A stretch of DNA of 62,471 nt, the filler included. It is 6 parts of 6 records of this genome, joined end to end, with 100 filler letters (N's around TTAATTAATTAA, not from the genome) between each part and the next. Parts side by side here need not be neighbours in the genome. Positions count along the whole stretch, not along the records: positions 13,754 to 32,481 come from SRR31156797_10596; positions 32,582 to 39,232 come from SRR31156797_10615; 4 more parts are not named here. The stretch is one strand, 5' to 3'. Both the position numbers and the translations under genes were made by a program. Below are positions 26,315 through 36,209 of this stretch, one piece after another (position 1 is the stretch's first letter; each line of letters opens with the position of its first letter). The notes under the pieces were generated by a model that did not search any database, was not told the origin of the DNA, and worked only from the letters and a program-made list of their open reading frames with translations.

Positions 26315-27745
26315 TTAGATCCCTAAAGCTTTTTTTACTCCAGCAGCATAGTCACTATGAACTTTTTCAAAAAGCGCTACTTGTCTTTTTACAATATCAC
26401 TTGGAACTCCATCCATCGCCTCAGCAATATTACTAAAAAGTTGCTCTTTTTGTGACTCATTCATAAGATTAAATAGTACTGTTACTTGTGAGTAATGATC
26501 CTGCGTATCTTCAAGATGATCATATCTATATCCATCACCATTTACTGGGAATGAAGGCTCAACATACTGTTTATCTTCTACAGGTCCATTAAAACTATTT
26601 GGCTCATAATACGCATCTTTTCCTATTGGGTTATCAAATCTCATTGGACCATCTGCATGATAAGTATTGACTTCACTTAATGGACGATTTACTGGAAGTG
26701 ACTCATAATGGGTTCCTATTCTATATCTATGAGCATCCGCATATGAAAATACCCTTGCTTGAAGCATCTTATCAGGGGACCAACTAATCCCTGAGACTAC
26801 ATTTGATGGACTAAATGCTGATTGCTCGATCTCTGCAAAATAGTGTTTTGGATTACGGTTAAGTTCCATCTCCCCAACTTTTATCATAGGATACTCTTTA
26901 TGTGGCCATACTTTTGTAAGATCAAAAGGATTAAATGGTGCATTTTTAGCTTGCTCTTCACTCATAATCTGGATCTCAAAACTCCACTTTGGAAAATCAG
27001 CATTTTCAATCGACTCATAAAGATCTCTTTGTGAACTCTCTCGATCTTTTGCTACAATTGCTTCTGCTTCAGCATTGCTAAGGCACTCTATCCCTTGCAT
27101 TGTTTTAAAGTGAAATTTTACCCAAAACCTCTCCCCTGCTTCATTGATAAGTGAGTAAGTATGCGATCCGTATCCATTCATATGTCGTAAAGTCTTTGGA
27201 ATACCACGATCAGACATAAGAATAGTTAACTGGTGAAGTGATTCAGGTGATAAAGACCAAAAATCCCACATAGCTGTTGCACTTCGTAGATTTGTTCTAG
27301 GGTGTCTTTTTTGAGTATGTATAAAATCTGGAAATTTGAGTGCATCTTTAATAAAAAAAACTGGTGTATTGTTTCCAACAAGATCCCAATTTCCCTCTTT
27401 CGTATAAAACTTTAAAGCAAATCCTCTTACATCTCTCTCTGCATCTGCTGCACCTTTTTCACCTGCTACTGTTGAGAATCTTGCAAGCATAGAAGTAGTT
27501 TCCCCTTTTTGTAAAGCTTGTGCTTTTGTATATTTGCTAATATCTTCAGTGATAGTAAGTGTTCCATAAGCACCACTCCCGTTAGCATGAACTACTCGCT
27601 CAGGGATTCTTTCTCTATTTTGATGTGCTAACTTTTCTAATAACTGATAGTCTTGCATCAATAAAGGCCCACGACTCCCTGCACTTAGTGAATTTTGATT
27701 GTCTCCGATTGGATTTCCTGCTGTTGTTGTCATTTGTGTTTTCAT
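26315..27745 (-). CDS. katA: Monofunctional heme catalase
   Basis: [42 protein letters not shown]. Confidence 0.96.
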   Translation of the reverse strand: MKTQMTTTAGNPIGDNQNSLSAGSRGPLLMQDYQLLEKLAHQNRERIPERVVHANGSGAYGTLTITEDISKYTKAQALQKGETTSMLARFSTVAGEKGAADAERDVRGFALKFYTKEGNWDLVGNNTPVFFIKDALKFPDFIHTQKRHPRTNLRSATAMWDFWSLSPESLHQLTILMSDRGIPKTLRHMNGYGSHTYSLINEAGERFWVKFHFKTMQGIECLSNAEAEAIVAKDRESSQRDLYESIENADFPKWSFEIQIMSEEQAKNAPFNPFDLTKVWPHKEYPMIKVGEMELNRNPKHYFAEIEQSAFSPSNVVSGISWSPDKMLQARVFSYADAHRYRIGTHYESLPVNRPLSEVNTYHADGPMRFDNPIGKDAYYEPNSFNGPVEDKQYVEPSFPVNGDGYRYDHLEDTQDHYSQVTVLFNLMNESQKEQLFSNIAEAMDGVPSDIVKRQVALFEKVHSDYAAGVKKALGI

Positions 27746-27899
27746 AGATACCCCTTTTAGATTATGGAAAAATTTTATCCTTTAGAACTTTACAGGAAAG
27801 CGAGTTGTTAAATAATAAATAGAAATAGTCAGTTTAGATTTTTTATCTAGGTATAAGAAAAAATAATAATGATTCTTAAAATGAATAGATGTTTTCTTA

Positions 27900-27914
27900 T
27901 TTACTTTTATTTAC
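27900..27914. promoter_or_regulatory. OmpR/CpxR-type direct repeat
   Basis: TTTAC-N5-TTTAC (GTAAA-N5-GTAAA on the minus strand) about 70 bp upstream of the Spy-like gene. Confidence 0.4.
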
Positions 27915-27983
27915 CTTCACTTGAACTAGCAGATAACTTCATATTTTATAATTCTAATATCCAAACAAAATAAGGAGTTTCCA

Positions 27984-28409
27984 ATGAAAAAACAAATTTT
28001 AACAATCGGTTTAGCATTTTTAGTTGCTAGTAGTTCAGTATATGCATTTGGTGGATTTGACAGAGGTTCAAACTGCGGTGGAAAAATGATGAATAAATCA
28101 TTTATGAAAAGCCAAGGAAATGGTATTCATAGTGTAATGGCAATTGTGTCTGATATGGATTTAACAAGTTCACAATGGACTGAAATTAGAAAAACAATGC
28201 TTGATATGAAAAAGCAAAGACTAGATAATAGTGAAAATGTAATGTCAATCTCTTTTAATAAAGATGGATCTTTTGATAAAGAGCAGTTTGTAAAAGAGCA
28301 TACAGCTTTTTCTAAAGATATGATTGATACTCAATCAAAAGCAATTGAAAAAATCGTTTCTATTTTAAATGAATCACAAAAAGAGATACTAATCTCTAAA
28401 TTAAAATAA
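27984..28409 (+). CDS. Periplasmic Spy/CpxP-like protein
   Basis: Signal peptide, Gly/Met-rich N-terminus, LTSSQ and LNESQ (LTxxQ-like) motifs. Confidence 0.65.
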   Translation: MKKQILTIGLAFLVASSSVYAFGGFDRGSNCGGKMMNKSFMKSQGNGIHSVMAIVSDMDLTSSQWTEIRKTMLDMKKQRLDNSENVMSISFNKDGSFDKEQFVKEHTAFSKDMIDTQSKAIEKIVSILNESQKEILISKLK

Positions 28410-28425
28410 GAATCGAGACAATACT

Positions 28426-28950
28426 ATGAAACAAAGATACTCAAATAGTGCAATTTTATTGCACTTGGTATCTGGACTACTAATCTTATTTGTTCTAGTA
28501 ACAGGTAGTTTAGTATTATCAGAGCTTCCTAATACAATAGAGAAAATCAGCTCTTTTAGAGTTCATATGATTTTAGGTCTTATAATAACTCTTTTAACAA
28601 TTATTAGAATTGTAGTGATTGTAAAGTCTGAAAAACTTGAACCTTTAAAAGTAAGTAGCTTTAGACAAAAGTTAATTAAGTTTAATCATATTGCTATTTA
28701 TGTTGTTCTACTTCTAATAGGACTTAGTGGTATTTTACTCTCAAAAACATCAGGTCTTGGGGAGATAGTATTTTTTGGATCAGATGCACAGCTTTATGAG
28801 AGTTTTAAAGATTATGGTGTAGGTATTGCACATGGTGTTTTAACAAAAGTGCTACTATTTTTAATAGTGATGCATATAGTTGGTGTATTTTCTTATAAAT
28901 TTAAAACAAAAGAGAGTATTCTACAAAGAATGTGGTTTAACTCAAAATAA
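28426..28950 (+). CDS. Cytochrome b561-family protein
   Basis: RYS..AILLH, VHMILG, FNHIAIY, AHG...MHIVG; 4 TM. Confidence 0.8.
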   Translation: MKQRYSNSAILLHLVSGLLILFVLVTGSLVLSELPNTIEKISSFRVHMILGLIITLLTIIRIVVIVKSEKLEPLKVSSFRQKLIKFNHIAIYVVLLLIGLSGILLSKTSGLGEIVFFGSDAQLYESFKDYGVGIAHGVLTKVLLFLIVMHIVGVFSYKFKTKESILQRMWFNSK

Positions 28951-28960
28951 GGAGCTTTTC

Positions 28961-29650
28961 ATGATAGAGGCTAAACATCTGCAAAAAGTATATAAAGTAG
29001 GTGAACTTGATCTTACTGTTATAAAAAATTTATCTTTAGAGATAAAAAAAGGTGAATTTATTTCAATCATAGGTCCAAGTGGTAGCGGTAAATCAACGCT
29101 ATTAAATATGCTTGGATGTTTAGATACTCCATCAAGTGGAGAACTAAAGATAGACTCTAATCAGATCAGCAGTTTTAATAAAACAAAACTAGCCCAGTTT
29201 AGAGGAGATAATATAGGGTTTATCTTTCAAAGTTTCAATTTAATACCGGTTTTAAGTGTATATGAAAATATTGAATACCCTTTAATTATGATTCAAAATC
29301 TCTCTGAAGATGAAAGAAAAAAAAGAGTATTGAAACTTCTTGAAGAGGTTGGGATGATTGAACAAAAAGACAAGACTCCAGATAAAATTTCAGGGGGACA
29401 GATGCAAAGAGTTGCTATTGCAAGAGCATTGGTCACAAATCCAAAGATTGTTTTTGCAGATGAGCCAACAGCAAATCTTGATAGTAAAACAGCCCATAAG
29501 ATCATTGAACTTATGAAAAGAATCCAAAAAGAGCATAGTACAACTTTTGTATTTGCTACACATGATGAGAAGATAGTTTCAAATGTTGATAGATTGATCA
29601 CTTTGATAGATGGTGAAATTGTTGAAGATAAAAGGACAGATCATGAGTAA
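28961..29650 (+). CDS. ABC ATP-binding protein (LolD/MacB-like)
   Basis: GPSGSGKS, ISGGQMQR, ADEPTANLD. Confidence 0.9.
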   Translation: MIEAKHLQKVYKVGELDLTVIKNLSLEIKKGEFISIIGPSGSGKSTLLNMLGCLDTPSSGELKIDSNQISSFNKTKLAQFRGDNIGFIFQSFNLIPVLSVYENIEYPLIMIQNLSEDERKKRVLKLLEEVGMIEQKDKTPDKISGGQMQRVAIARALVTNPKIVFADEPTANLDSKTAHKIIELMKRIQKEHSTTFVFATHDEKIVSNVDRLITLIDGEIVEDKRTDHE

Positions 29651-30875
29651 TATTTTAAAAATCTCTTATAGAAACCTTCAAAGAAATAGAAGAAGAACAC
29701 TTTTAACAGCTTCTCTTATCACTCTTGGTGTTGTTTTTGTACTGGTTTATACCGCACTTGCAGGAAGTTTTAAAAACTATATGATAGGACAAATCACAGA
29801 TACGGCTATGGGACATCTTCAAATCCATAAAAAAGGGTATGTGGCTTCTGTGGAAAATCTTCCACTGGATAAAAACCTTAATGAAAAAGCAATTGAGTTT
29901 ATTGAAGAGCAATTAAAAAATAGCAAATATGTAGAAAGCTACTCTTTTAGAATAAAATTTGGAGCTATGTTTTCAAATTTTACTGAAACAACAAATATAA
30001 GACTTAATGCCATTGATCCAAACAGTGAATTTTCTGCACTTCCATCTTTAAAAGAAAGATTTGTAGATTTTACAACTTTTGAAAAGGGAAGCATCATCGT
30101 TCCTGAAATATTAGCAAAAGGGATGAATGTAAAAAAAGATGATACAGTTGTATTAGTAGCCAATAATAAAAACGGTTCAGTAAATGGAATCAATGTAAAA
30201 GTAGCAGGAATCGTTGAAACAATCTCAGGACCTGGTGGAAGAGATGGTTATATCCATATAGATGATGCTAAAAAAGTATTGAGAATCAAGGGGGTAGAGG
30301 TAAGTGAGATCGTTGTGAGATTAAAAGATAATTCTATGATCGAAAAAGCGATAGAGGAACTAAGTCCTATAACTCAAAAGCTGAATCAAAAAGACAAACC
30401 TGCTTTTGAGATACACTCTTGGATGCAGTTAAGTCCTTTTTATAATATTATAAAAATGTTAGATGTGATGAACATGGCTATTAAAATCATCCTTATCTCA
30501 ATAGTATTGATCTCTATTTTAAATGTTATGGTGATGAGTGTTTATGAAAGGGTAAAAGAGATAGGAACTATTGCAGCGATGGGAACTCCTCCAAGCACTA
30601 TCGTAAAACTCTTTTTAGTGGAAGGTTTACTTCTTGCTATCTTAGGAGCAATTTTAGGAAGTGTGGTTTCTTTTGGGATTATTCAAGTTATCGATATGAT
30701 GCAGATCACTTATAGCTTTGGACGAGAAAGTAACTTGATCCTTGAGCCTGTATTACATCTAAAAGATATGTTGGTTATTAGTGTTATTGTTGTGGTGATA
30801 TCATTGATAGCTTCTATAAGTCCAGCAATCAAAGCTTCAAGGCTTGATCCTGTTGAAGCATTAAGAACAAACTAG
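29643..30875 (+). CDS. ABC permease (LolC/E, FtsX-like)
   Basis: RNRRRTLLT, ERVKEIGT..MG, PAIKASRLDPVEALR. Confidence 0.9.
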   Translation: MSNILKISYRNLQRNRRRTLLTASLITLGVVFVLVYTALAGSFKNYMIGQITDTAMGHLQIHKKGYVASVENLPLDKNLNEKAIEFIEEQLKNSKYVESYSFRIKFGAMFSNFTETTNIRLNAIDPNSEFSALPSLKERFVDFTTFEKGSIIVPEILAKGMNVKKDDTVVLVANNKNGSVNGINVKVAGIVETISGPGGRDGYIHIDDAKKVLRIKGVEVSEIVVRLKDNSMIEKAIEELSPITQKLNQKDKPAFEIHSWMQLSPFYNIIKMLDVMNMAIKIILISIVLISILNVMVMSVYERVKEIGTIAAMGTPPSTIVKLFLVEGLLLAILGAILGSVVSFGIIQVIDMMQITYSFGRESNLILEPVLHLKDMLVISVIVVVISLIASISPAIKASRLDPVEALRTN

Positions 30876-30884
30876 GAAAACAAA

Positions 30885-31598
30885 ATGAAAAAACTATTAC
30901 TAGCGATTTTTACACTAAGTTCTATCTATGCACAAGATATTTTAGTGCAGATAGATAAAAACATGGCACCAGGAAGCAGTGAAAGTTATAAAAAACTTAT
31001 TAATATAGAACCTGATGGAAGTAAAAAAGAGTTTTTACTCTATCAGGCAAGAAAAGATAGTGATAAGATGGTATCTGCTTTTTTACAACCTGACTCAGAA
31101 AAAGGGAGAACCACACTAAGAGTTGGTGATAATATGTGGCTCTATCTTCCTGAAGTTGGAAAAGCGATACGGATCACTTCTATGCAAAGTGTAATAGGCG
31201 GTGTATTTAATAATGCCGATATTATGAGACTTGACTTTTCTGCTGAATATGATGTGGTAACGCAAAGCGAACAAGAAGATGAGATCACTGTTGAAACTAA
31301 AGCAAAAACTGAAACAGTAGCTTATGATAAACTGATCATCAAAGTAGATAAAAAAACAGTGACACCAAAAGAGATCAAATGTTATAGCTCAACAGGGATG
31401 CTTATTAAAACACTTTATTATAAAGATATAAAAGATTTTGGAAATGGGATCATTAGACCTGCTTTAGTTGAAACTGATAGTCCTTTATACAAAGGGTATA
31501 AATCGGTGATGATCTATGGAAAAATTACTCCAAAAGAGTTTAGTGATGAAGCTTTTACACTGGACAATCTTTCCAAAGTGGAGAACCTAAGAAGATAA
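30885..31598 (+). CDS. Outer membrane lipoprotein-sorting protein (LolA-like)
   Basis: Signal peptide; F..P.SEKG..TLR..NMWLYLP..IRI..FNNADI. Confidence 0.78.
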   Translation: MKKLLLAIFTLSSIYAQDILVQIDKNMAPGSSESYKKLINIEPDGSKKEFLLYQARKDSDKMVSAFLQPDSEKGRTTLRVGDNMWLYLPEVGKAIRITSMQSVIGGVFNNADIMRLDFSAEYDVVTQSEQEDEITVETKAKTETVAYDKLIIKVDKKTVTPKEIKCYSSTGMLIKTLYYKDIKDFGNGIIRPALVETDSPLYKGYKSVMIYGKITPKEFSDEAFTLDNLSKVENLRR

Positions 31599-31599
31599 A

Positions 31600-32481
31600 A
31601 TGAAAAAGTTTATTTTTTATAGCAGCTGTATTGCTTTAGGTTTCTCTTCACTTATTGCATCAGATAAGTATGGGTTTAGTATGAATGAGCTTAATCAGAT
31701 GGAGCTAAAAAGTTATGATTTTAGCGGTTATATAAAAGCACAACATAAACATCAAAATTTTAATAAAGATTCAATGATGTATGCTTCAAAAAATAAAGAC
31801 TCCCAAGAAACTTACTTGGGAGAGCTTTTTATCAACTATAAATATTTTCAAGATCAATTTACTTTTAATACTGATCTAGTAGCAAACTATGAAAATATAG
31901 ATAGTGTGAGTGAAGATACCTATACCATCAATCAAGCGGTAGTAACCTATAAGATCGATAATTTTAATGAACTCAATCTTGGGAAAAGAACACCAAAATG
32001 GGGAAAAGGATATTTTTCTAATCCTATCGCTTTTATTGATAGAAAAAAAGACCCAAATGAACCTGAAGCAAATAAAGAGGGATTTACAGGGATCAATTAT
32101 AAATTTAATAAAGTATATCAAGGTGATCTGCAAAATATAGGACTTGATCTTAGTTATCTTCGTACAACAGAAGATTTCAATGAAGATCTTTATGCAGACA
32201 ATAGCAATATCTTTGCCTCAAAACTTTATCTGCTTTATAAAGATATCGATATAGATATCGCTTATGTGTATAATGATAAAGATACAAATAAATTTGGAAT
32301 CGATTTTTCAACCAACCTACAAACAAATTTTGAGATACATGGAGAATATGCCAAATATGATACAGGAGAGTTTTCTTATCTATTGGGGTTAAAATATCTA
32401 ACAGATAGTGAACTTACTCTTATAAGTGAATACCTTTATAAAAGTGAAGAACAAGTTCAAAATCAACCACTTTGGGATAAT
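31600..32481 (+). CDS. Putative outer-membrane beta-barrel protein (3' partial)
   Basis: Signal peptide, LGKR..KWGKGY..NP motif, aromatic-rich alternating strands. Confidence 0.6.
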
Positions 32482-32581
32482 NNNNNNNNNNNNNNNNNNN
32501 NNNNNNNNNNNNNNNNNNNNNNNNNTTAATTAATTAANNNNNNNNNNNNNNNNNNNNNNNNNNNNNNNNNNNNNNNNNNNN
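32482..32581. other. Artificial contig spacer
   Basis: N44-TTAATTAATTAA-N44. Confidence 0.98.
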
Positions 32582-32582
32582 T

Positions 32583-34778
32583 ATGAGCCATGAGATAAGA
32601 ACGCCAATGAATGCAATAATTGGATTAAATAATCTTCTTGAACATACGAAACTAAGTTCAAAGCAGTTTGATTATGTCTCAAAAATGAGTATAGCAGCTG
32701 GAAGTTTATTAGGAATAATTAATGATATACTTGATTTTTCTAAAATAGAGGCCGGAAAACTTACTATTGAAAATATTGAATTTAGTTTAAGTAAAGTTTT
32801 GGAAAATATATCCGGTTTGCTTTCTTTTAAAGCTTATAAAAAAGGAATTGAGTTTATTATCTTGAAAGATAGAAATGTACCTGATGATCTAATAGGTGAT
32901 CCGCTTAGAGTTGGTCAAATACTGCTTAACTTGATAAATAATGCTATAAAATTTACGGAAGAGGGAGAGGTATTTGTAAAAGTATCAGCTGATAGCGTAG
33001 ATGAAAACAAAGCTGTTGTGCGTTTTGAAGTTAAAGACAGCGGAATCGGAATGACAGAGAAACAAGTTGAAAAACTTTTTGCTGCATTTACACAGGCTGA
33101 TAGCTCAACAACGAGAAAATTTGGAGGAACCGGCCTGGGACTTAGTATATCTAAACATCTGGCTGAAATGATGAAGGGTTCCATATCAGTCCAAAGTGAG
33201 TATGGAGTAGGTAGTACTTTCAGTGCTACACTGGAATTTGTTAAACTAGAGAAAAAAGAAGATAAATACTTATTGCCGGAAAAAATAGACGAGCTGAGTA
33301 TACTAATAGCCGGAGGAAATCACTCTACTTTGGAAGTAGTGAGAGAGTATCTGATTAATTTCGGTTATCAACCTAAAATGGCTTATTCAGAAGATGAAAT
33401 ATTAGAAGTAATGCAAGAATCAGATATGGATATTGATCTTTTACTTTTCGAATGGAGAAATACCAGTTTTGATGTATCTGAAATTTGGAGAAAAATAAAG
33501 AAAATGGATTTCAAGAAGAAACAACCGATGCTTCTGTTTGCAACACCGTATATTGATGATGAACTACAAAAATTACTTAAAAGAGAAATACGCAGCAGTG
33601 TGATAATTAAACCTATTTCCGAATCACAACTCTTTAATTCACTAGTAGAACTATTTGCAGAGTCTATTCCGGAAACTAGAAGATTGTCAAATAAGCTAAA
33701 ATATCCTGATGGATTTGAAAAAATAAGAGGAGCTAAAATTTTACTTGCTGAAGATAATGAAATAAATCAACAGGTAGCCAAAGAAACTCTTGAGTTTGAA
33801 GGATTTATAGTTGATATAGCAGCAGATGGTCAGGAAGCAGTTGAGAAAGTGACTCATGCCAGATCAAATTATGATCTGGTGCTAATGGATCTGCAGATGC
33901 CTTTGCTTGACGGATTTGAAGCTAGTAAAGTGATAAGAGAAGAGTATGGATTAAAAGATCTGCCAATAGTTGCATTAAGTGCAGATGCAATGAGCGAAAC
34001 GAAGCAAAAAGTTATGGAATCAGGAATTAATGATTATTTGGCTAAACCGATAGAAGTTAATAATCTGCTTAGTATACTAACAAAATGGATAGAGCCTGCT
34101 GAGAGAGCTTTTGAAATAGTTGAACTTAGTCAGAAGGATTTAATTACAATAGAAAGAATGAAAGATTTATTAGAGGAAATAGATGTAGATTCTGCTATCC
34201 AACGTATGTCCGGGAATAGACAGCTGTTTATAAATGTACTTAGAAAATTCTCTTTTTCAATAATTTTATTTGAAGATGAATTTATCAGACTCTTTAACGA
34301 AGAGGATATAGATGGTTGCAGGCGTAAACTTCATTCTATAAAAGGTGTGCTGGGAAATATCGGGGCAGATCATATAATGGAACGTGTAAATAAATTAGAG
34401 AGATTACTTTATGAGGAAATGTTGCCTGATTCTAAAATCGTAATCGATGAAATCAGAGAGATAAATACTGATCTGAGTAAACTAGCCAGAGACATAAACA
34501 TAATGCTGAGAGAGATAGAGGATAAGAGAAAACAAAATAATATCGAACATAAAATAATCTCATTAAATGAAAAATTCAGAATGTTACAAGAGATGAGAGA
34601 GTTGTTAAATGATTATGATTCACAAGCTCTTGTGATTTTCGGTAAATTAAAAGAGTATATAACTGATGAGAAAAATATCTTACTTTATGAAGAGTTGGGA
34701 AAACTGCTTAATCAATATGACTTTGAAAATGCAGTAATAATTTGTGATAAATTAATCGAAAAATACTTAACGGAATAA
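32583..34778 (+). CDS. Hybrid sensor histidine kinase HisKA-HATPase-(pseudo)REC-REC-Hpt (5' partial)
   Basis: MSHEIRTPMNAIIG, NAIKFT, DSGIGM, GGTGLGL, AEDN..DLVLMD..KP, LHSIKG. Confidence 0.92.
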   Translation: MSHEIRTPMNAIIGLNNLLEHTKLSSKQFDYVSKMSIAAGSLLGIINDILDFSKIEAGKLTIENIEFSLSKVLENISGLLSFKAYKKGIEFIILKDRNVPDDLIGDPLRVGQILLNLINNAIKFTEEGEVFVKVSADSVDENKAVVRFEVKDSGIGMTEKQVEKLFAAFTQADSSTTRKFGGTGLGLSISKHLAEMMKGSISVQSEYGVGSTFSATLEFVKLEKKEDKYLLPEKIDELSILIAGGNHSTLEVVREYLINFGYQPKMAYSEDEILEVMQESDMDIDLLLFEWRNTSFDVSEIWRKIKKMDFKKKQPMLLFATPYIDDELQKLLKREIRSSVIIKPISESQLFNSLVELFAESIPETRRLSNKLKYPDGFEKIRGAKILLAEDNEINQQVAKETLEFEGFIVDIAADGQEAVEKVTHARSNYDLVLMDLQMPLLDGFEASKVIREEYGLKDLPIVALSADAMSETKQKVMESGINDYLAKPIEVNNLLSILTKWIEPAERAFEIVELSQKDLITIERMKDLLEEIDVDSAIQRMSGNRQLFINVLRKFSFSIILFEDEFIRLFNEEDIDGCRRKLHSIKGVLGNIGADHIMERVNKLERLLYEEMLPDSKIVIDEIREINTDLSKLARDINIMLREIEDKRKQNNIEHKIISLNEKFRMLQEMRELLNDYDSQALVIFGKLKEYITDEKNILLYEELGKLLNQYDFENAVIICDKLIEKYLTE

Positions 34779-34844
34779 AGAGCTCTGCTAACTAAATCTC
34801 TTTAGATTACAGCGTTGTGCAAAGCTCTTTAGTAGGAGGTGCAT

Positions 34845-35408
34845 ATGATAGAAGAGTTGATTAAAAATACCAGATCATTTAGATCTTTTGCACAGGAGGA
34901 GATCCCAAGGTATGATCTGGTTAACATGGTAGAAGCAGCCAGGTTTTCGGGATCTACAGGAAATGTACAGGCGATCAGATATGTTTTGGTAATAGAGAAA
35001 AAAGATAGAAACTTTGTTTTCCGAAATTGTAAATTTGCAGGTTTTCTTGATTGGAATCCAAGCCTGTATGAAGCACCGACAGCATATATAATTATGTGCT
35101 ATGATGAGAATGCAAAACTAAGAGATGACTGGGTTGCGATGAATATGGGTATCGCAAGTCAAAACATTATGCTAACAGCTTCTGAAATGGGTTATGGGGG
35201 CTGTCTGATAGGAGCTTTTAATAAACCCGCGATCAACATGCACTTCGAGCTAAAAGAGAAGTGTGGTGCATATATGATTATTGCCTTAGGAAAACCTGCG
35301 GAAATTGTGGAGACAGTAGATGCTGTAGATGGGGATACAAAATATTATAGGGAAAATGGAGTTCATTATGTACCAAAACTTTCTATTGATGAGTTGATCA
35401 TAAAATAA
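34845..35408 (+). CDS. Nitroreductase family protein
   Basis: TRSFRSF, ARFSGSTGNVQ, GIASQNIML.A...GYGGC; AGGAGG RBS. Confidence 0.88.
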   Translation: MIEELIKNTRSFRSFAQEEIPRYDLVNMVEAARFSGSTGNVQAIRYVLVIEKKDRNFVFRNCKFAGFLDWNPSLYEAPTAYIIMCYDENAKLRDDWVAMNMGIASQNIMLTASEMGYGGCLIGAFNKPAINMHFELKEKCGAYMIIALGKPAEIVETVDAVDGDTKYYRENGVHYVPKLSIDELIIK

Positions 35409-35494
35409 AGCTGTAGTAATTGAATAATAAAGGTTGTTGCCTAAAAAAAATATACGTATAATATTATTGAGTAGGGCGCTTTAGTAAATAATCC

Positions 35495-35523
35495 TTGACA
35501 ATCATATGGAATTCATTTAAAAT
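35495..35523 (+). promoter_or_regulatory. Sigma70 promoter upstream of the ncRNA
   Basis: TTGACA-N17-TAAAAT. Confidence 0.7.
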
Positions 35524-35594
35524 GTATCGTGCTCTTAGCTAAGTATTTGTTGGCTGAATAAGGGTATATGAGAATATGAATTAAAATTGAATAT

Positions 35595-35781
35595 CCGAAC
35601 CTGTTTGTTAATTATTTCTATTTTTGGGCCTAATTTCGTCTACGGGGCTGGCGCTGTAGAGAGTAAATCAGATTTGTCACGACAAGACTTGTGCTTGCAC
35701 GGACCCTGTATGCTGTCTGTATTTCCGGCTACCACCTATAAGGTAGGCGACCAAAAAACCTTTAATGACGGCAGGTTGGGG
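35595..35781 (+). ncRNA. ssrS: Probable 6S RNA
   Basis: GC-richer island of about 187 nt in an AT-rich intergenic region. Ends pair (AACCTGTT/GGCAGGTT); inner stems GGCTGG/CCGGCT and TGTAGA/TCTGTA; 3' CCACCTA..TAGG hairpin then AAAAAAC..ACGGCA, like Bacillus 6S-1; followed by a T-tract. Confidence 0.7.
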
Positions 35782-36209
35782 TTTTTTTATTTTTTGACTA
35801 TTCGACTACTCGAAATAATAATGGATTTATTAAGTCATCCAAAAAAGCGACTATTGAAGTTAAGAATATATGTATGAAATTGGTGTTTTTGAGTGAAAAT
35901 TATAATTTTATATTTACTTTAGAAAAAATACCTGATTGTGGAAAAATGTATTTGAAAGTATAAAAAAATACGTGACAGAGAGTGTGGTTATTGTAATATT
36001 TGCTAGGGGGAAATATGTTTTTCAAAACACTATAAAGTGTTAAAAAAACAAATGAAAATATCAAAAAACAACCTGAATGTGTGATGAAAAAGTATAGAGT
36101 TACGAAGAGGCAGAAATAACACGTTATGTCGTTGATTTTTTACGTAATAATTTGTTGCGAAGAACAAAAAATTGAGTTATAATTGTCATGAGAAAAAGGG
36201 GGCTTTCAT

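Noticed and set aside
35587-35877. 96-aa ORF
   Set aside because: TTG start, no RBS, no protein features; it overlaps the structured RNA and its T-tract.
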